Shown here piece after piece: positions 62,342 through 64,000 of a DNA stretch of 64,000 bases; position 1 is the first letter of the stretch, and each line of letters opens with the position of its first letter. The DNA is from Alphaproteobacteria bacterium (lineage in GTDB: Bacteria > Pseudomonadota > Alphaproteobacteria > UBA828). Made by a program: the position numbers and the translations under genes. The stretch covers positions 137,442 through 201,441 of the forward strand of contig JAJDUK010000047.1 in assembly GCA_022826665.1 (NCBI GenBank). Reading direction: 5' to 3'. The notes under the pieces were generated by a model that ran no database searches, was not told where the DNA came from, and saw only the letters and a list, made by a program, of their open reading frames with translations.

Positions 62342-63439
62342 GGAGGATGCCTCGGCGGCGCGGTCCGGAAACAGGGTCTGCAGGCCCTTCTGGGAGGCTT
62401 CGCACACGCCGCGATCGGTGATGAGCGCGGTCACGAGCCGGGCGGGTGTCACGTCGAAGGCATAGTTGGCGGCCCGGCTACCGGCGGGCGTGAGCGCCAC
62501 CTTCGTCTCCTGACCCGCTTCGTCGCGCCCTGTGATCGTCAGCACTTCGTCCTCGTCCCGCTGCTCGATGGGGGTATCGGCGCCATCGGCCAGGGACCAG
62601 TCGATGGTCGGATGGGGCAGCGCGACATAGAAGGGGACGTCGTTGTCGCTGGCGGCGAGCGCCTTCAGATAGGTGCCGATCTTATTGCAGACGTCGCCGC
62701 GGGCCGTCGTGCGGTCCGTGCCGGTGATGCAGAGATCGACCAAGCCGGTCTGCATCAGGTGACCACCGGCGTTGTCCACGATCACCGTGTGCGGCACACC
62801 GTGGCTGGCAAGCTCCCACGCGGTGAGCGCGGAGCCCTGGTTGCGTGGCCGGGTCTCGTCGACCCAGACATGGACCGCGATCCCCTTGTCGTGGGCCATG
62901 TAGAGCGGTGCCAGCGCCGTGCCCCAGTCGACCGTCGCGAGCCAGCCGGCGTTGCAGTGGGTGAGCACGTTGAGCGTGCCGTCCTTGCGCTCGGCCGCCT
63001 GCTCCAACAGGGCGAGACCGTATTCCCCGATCGCCCGGTTGATGGCGACGTCTTCGTCGCAGATCTCAGCCGCCCGCCGGTAGGCAGCGGCGGCGCGGTC
63101 TGCAGCAGGCAAGGGCCGCAGCCGGCGGCCGAGATCCTCCAGCGCCCAGCGCAGGTTGGCGGCCGTCGGCCGCGTGCCGGCCAGGAGCGTAATGGCGTTC
63201 TCCAGGTTCGAATCGCTCGAGTCCTCGGCGAGCGCGAGGGCCATGCCGTAGGCCGCCGTCGCGCCGATAAGCGGCGCGCCGCGCACCACCATCGTGCTGA
63301 TGGCGTGTGCGGCCTCCTCGACCGAGCGAAGCCGGCGCGTTCCGAAGTTGTGAGGAAGCCGCGTCTGGTCGATGACGACGACCGTGCGGCCGTCCTCGTC
63401 CAACCAGATGCTGCGATAGGGCCGGCCGTCGATCTTCAT
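62336..63439 (-). CDS. mtnA: S-methyl-5-thioribose-1-phosphate isomerase
   Basis: IDQT.LP, VRGAPLIG, RPTA, LTHCNAGWLA, ETRP, NKIGTY, NYAFDVTP. Confidence 0.95.
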   Translation of the reverse strand: MKIDGRPYRSIWLDEDGRTVVVIDQTRLPHNFGTRRLRSVEEAAHAISTMVVRGAPLIGATAAYGMALALAEDSSDSNLENAITLLAGTRPTAANLRWALEDLGRRLRPLPAADRAAAAYRRAAEICDEDVAINRAIGEYGLALLEQAAERKDGTLNVLTHCNAGWLATVDWGTALAPLYMAHDKGIAVHVWVDETRPRNQGSALTAWELASHGVPHTVIVDNAGGHLMQTGLVDLCITGTDRTTARGDVCNKIGTYLKALAASDNDVPFYVALPHPTIDWSLADGADTPIEQRDEDEVLTITGRDEAGQETKVALTPAGSRAANYAFDVTPARLVTALITDRGVCEASQKGLQTLFPDRAAEASSS

Positions 63440-63999
63440 GAGCCACTGCCCGCCTTCGTCATCATATCGTAGCGCACCCGGTCGTGGGCCTCCACCGGGT
63501 CAACACCCTGACGCACCGCCTCGATGATGCCCTCCTCGATGTTCTTGAAGAGCGTGGCGTGCTCCAGCACCTCGGCCGCCCGCGCCAGGGGCACGACGCA
63601 GACTCCGTTCTCGTCGGCGACGATGATGTCGCCGGGATCGACCGGCACGCCGCCGAGGCGCACGGGGATGCCGTAGCCCGCGCAGGCGCAGCGGTTGCGG
63701 ATCGACTGCTGGATGAAGCCCCGCCCGTAGACCGGAAGGTTCAGTTCCTTGTACTCGTCGATGTCGCGGGTGACGCCGTCGATCACCGTGCCAACGAGGC
63801 CGAAGTGCCGGGTGGTGAAGCCCGCGACGCCGCCATAGCTGTTCACGTCCGTCCGCCCGCCCTGGTCGATCACGAGAACGTCGCCGGGATTGCCCAGCTT
63901 CACCGCCTCCAAGGTGCCGAGCACCGGCGATTCGTCGGCCTGGCCCACCGGTACCAGCTTCAGCGTCGCGGCAGGGCCTACGATCTTGCTGCAGCTATC
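63436..63999 (-). CDS. RraA/HMG aldolase-family protein (5' truncated by window edge)
   Basis: GDVLVID, DGVTRD, V.PGDIIVADENGV; the frame is open to the window end. Confidence 0.85.
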   Translation of the reverse strand, partial: DSCSKIVGPAATLKLVPVGQADESPVLGTLEAVKLGNPGDVLVIDQGGRTDVNSYGGVAGFTTRHFGLVGTVIDGVTRDIDEYKELNLPVYGRGFIQQSIRNRCACAGYGIPVRLGGVPVDPGDIIVADENGVCVVPLARAAEVLEHATLFKNIEEGIIEAVRQGVDPVEAHDRVRYDMMTKAGSGS

Positions 64000-64000
64000 C

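Overview
High-GC chromosomal segment, most likely from an alphaproteobacterium (Rhodospirillales-like gene order: cobS-cobT; ubiG-lysC; rodZ-hisS-prfA-prmC-DUF4167-clpB; purH). It holds about 58 CDS, mostly housekeeping or small-molecule catabolism. I found no rRNA, tRNA, CRISPR array or transposase. The standout is a five-gene island at 32209-36324 between apt and cysQ. It encodes a class I cytochrome c and a secreted cytochrome P460-family protein carrying a 202-residue (Cys-X-Pro)n region with 59 Cys. It also encodes a secreted FGE/SUMF1-fold protein with a CxxC, a His-rich DUF6969-like protein, and a small secreted protein with three cassettes of the same CNPC repeat, each behind an IVVAD motif. 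This is a candidate undescribed periplasmic Cys-repeat system (metal binding, redox or RiPP-like). Other points of note: a DUF3800 gene followed by a compact pseudoknotted RNA, a duplicated double-palindrome operator before a Fic gene, a 10-bp-phased intergenic repeat, an M23 peptidase with five repeated modules, an internally shortened PglF/WbpM-like gene, and an altered HisRS motif. All family calls come from motif recognition by eye, not from database searches.
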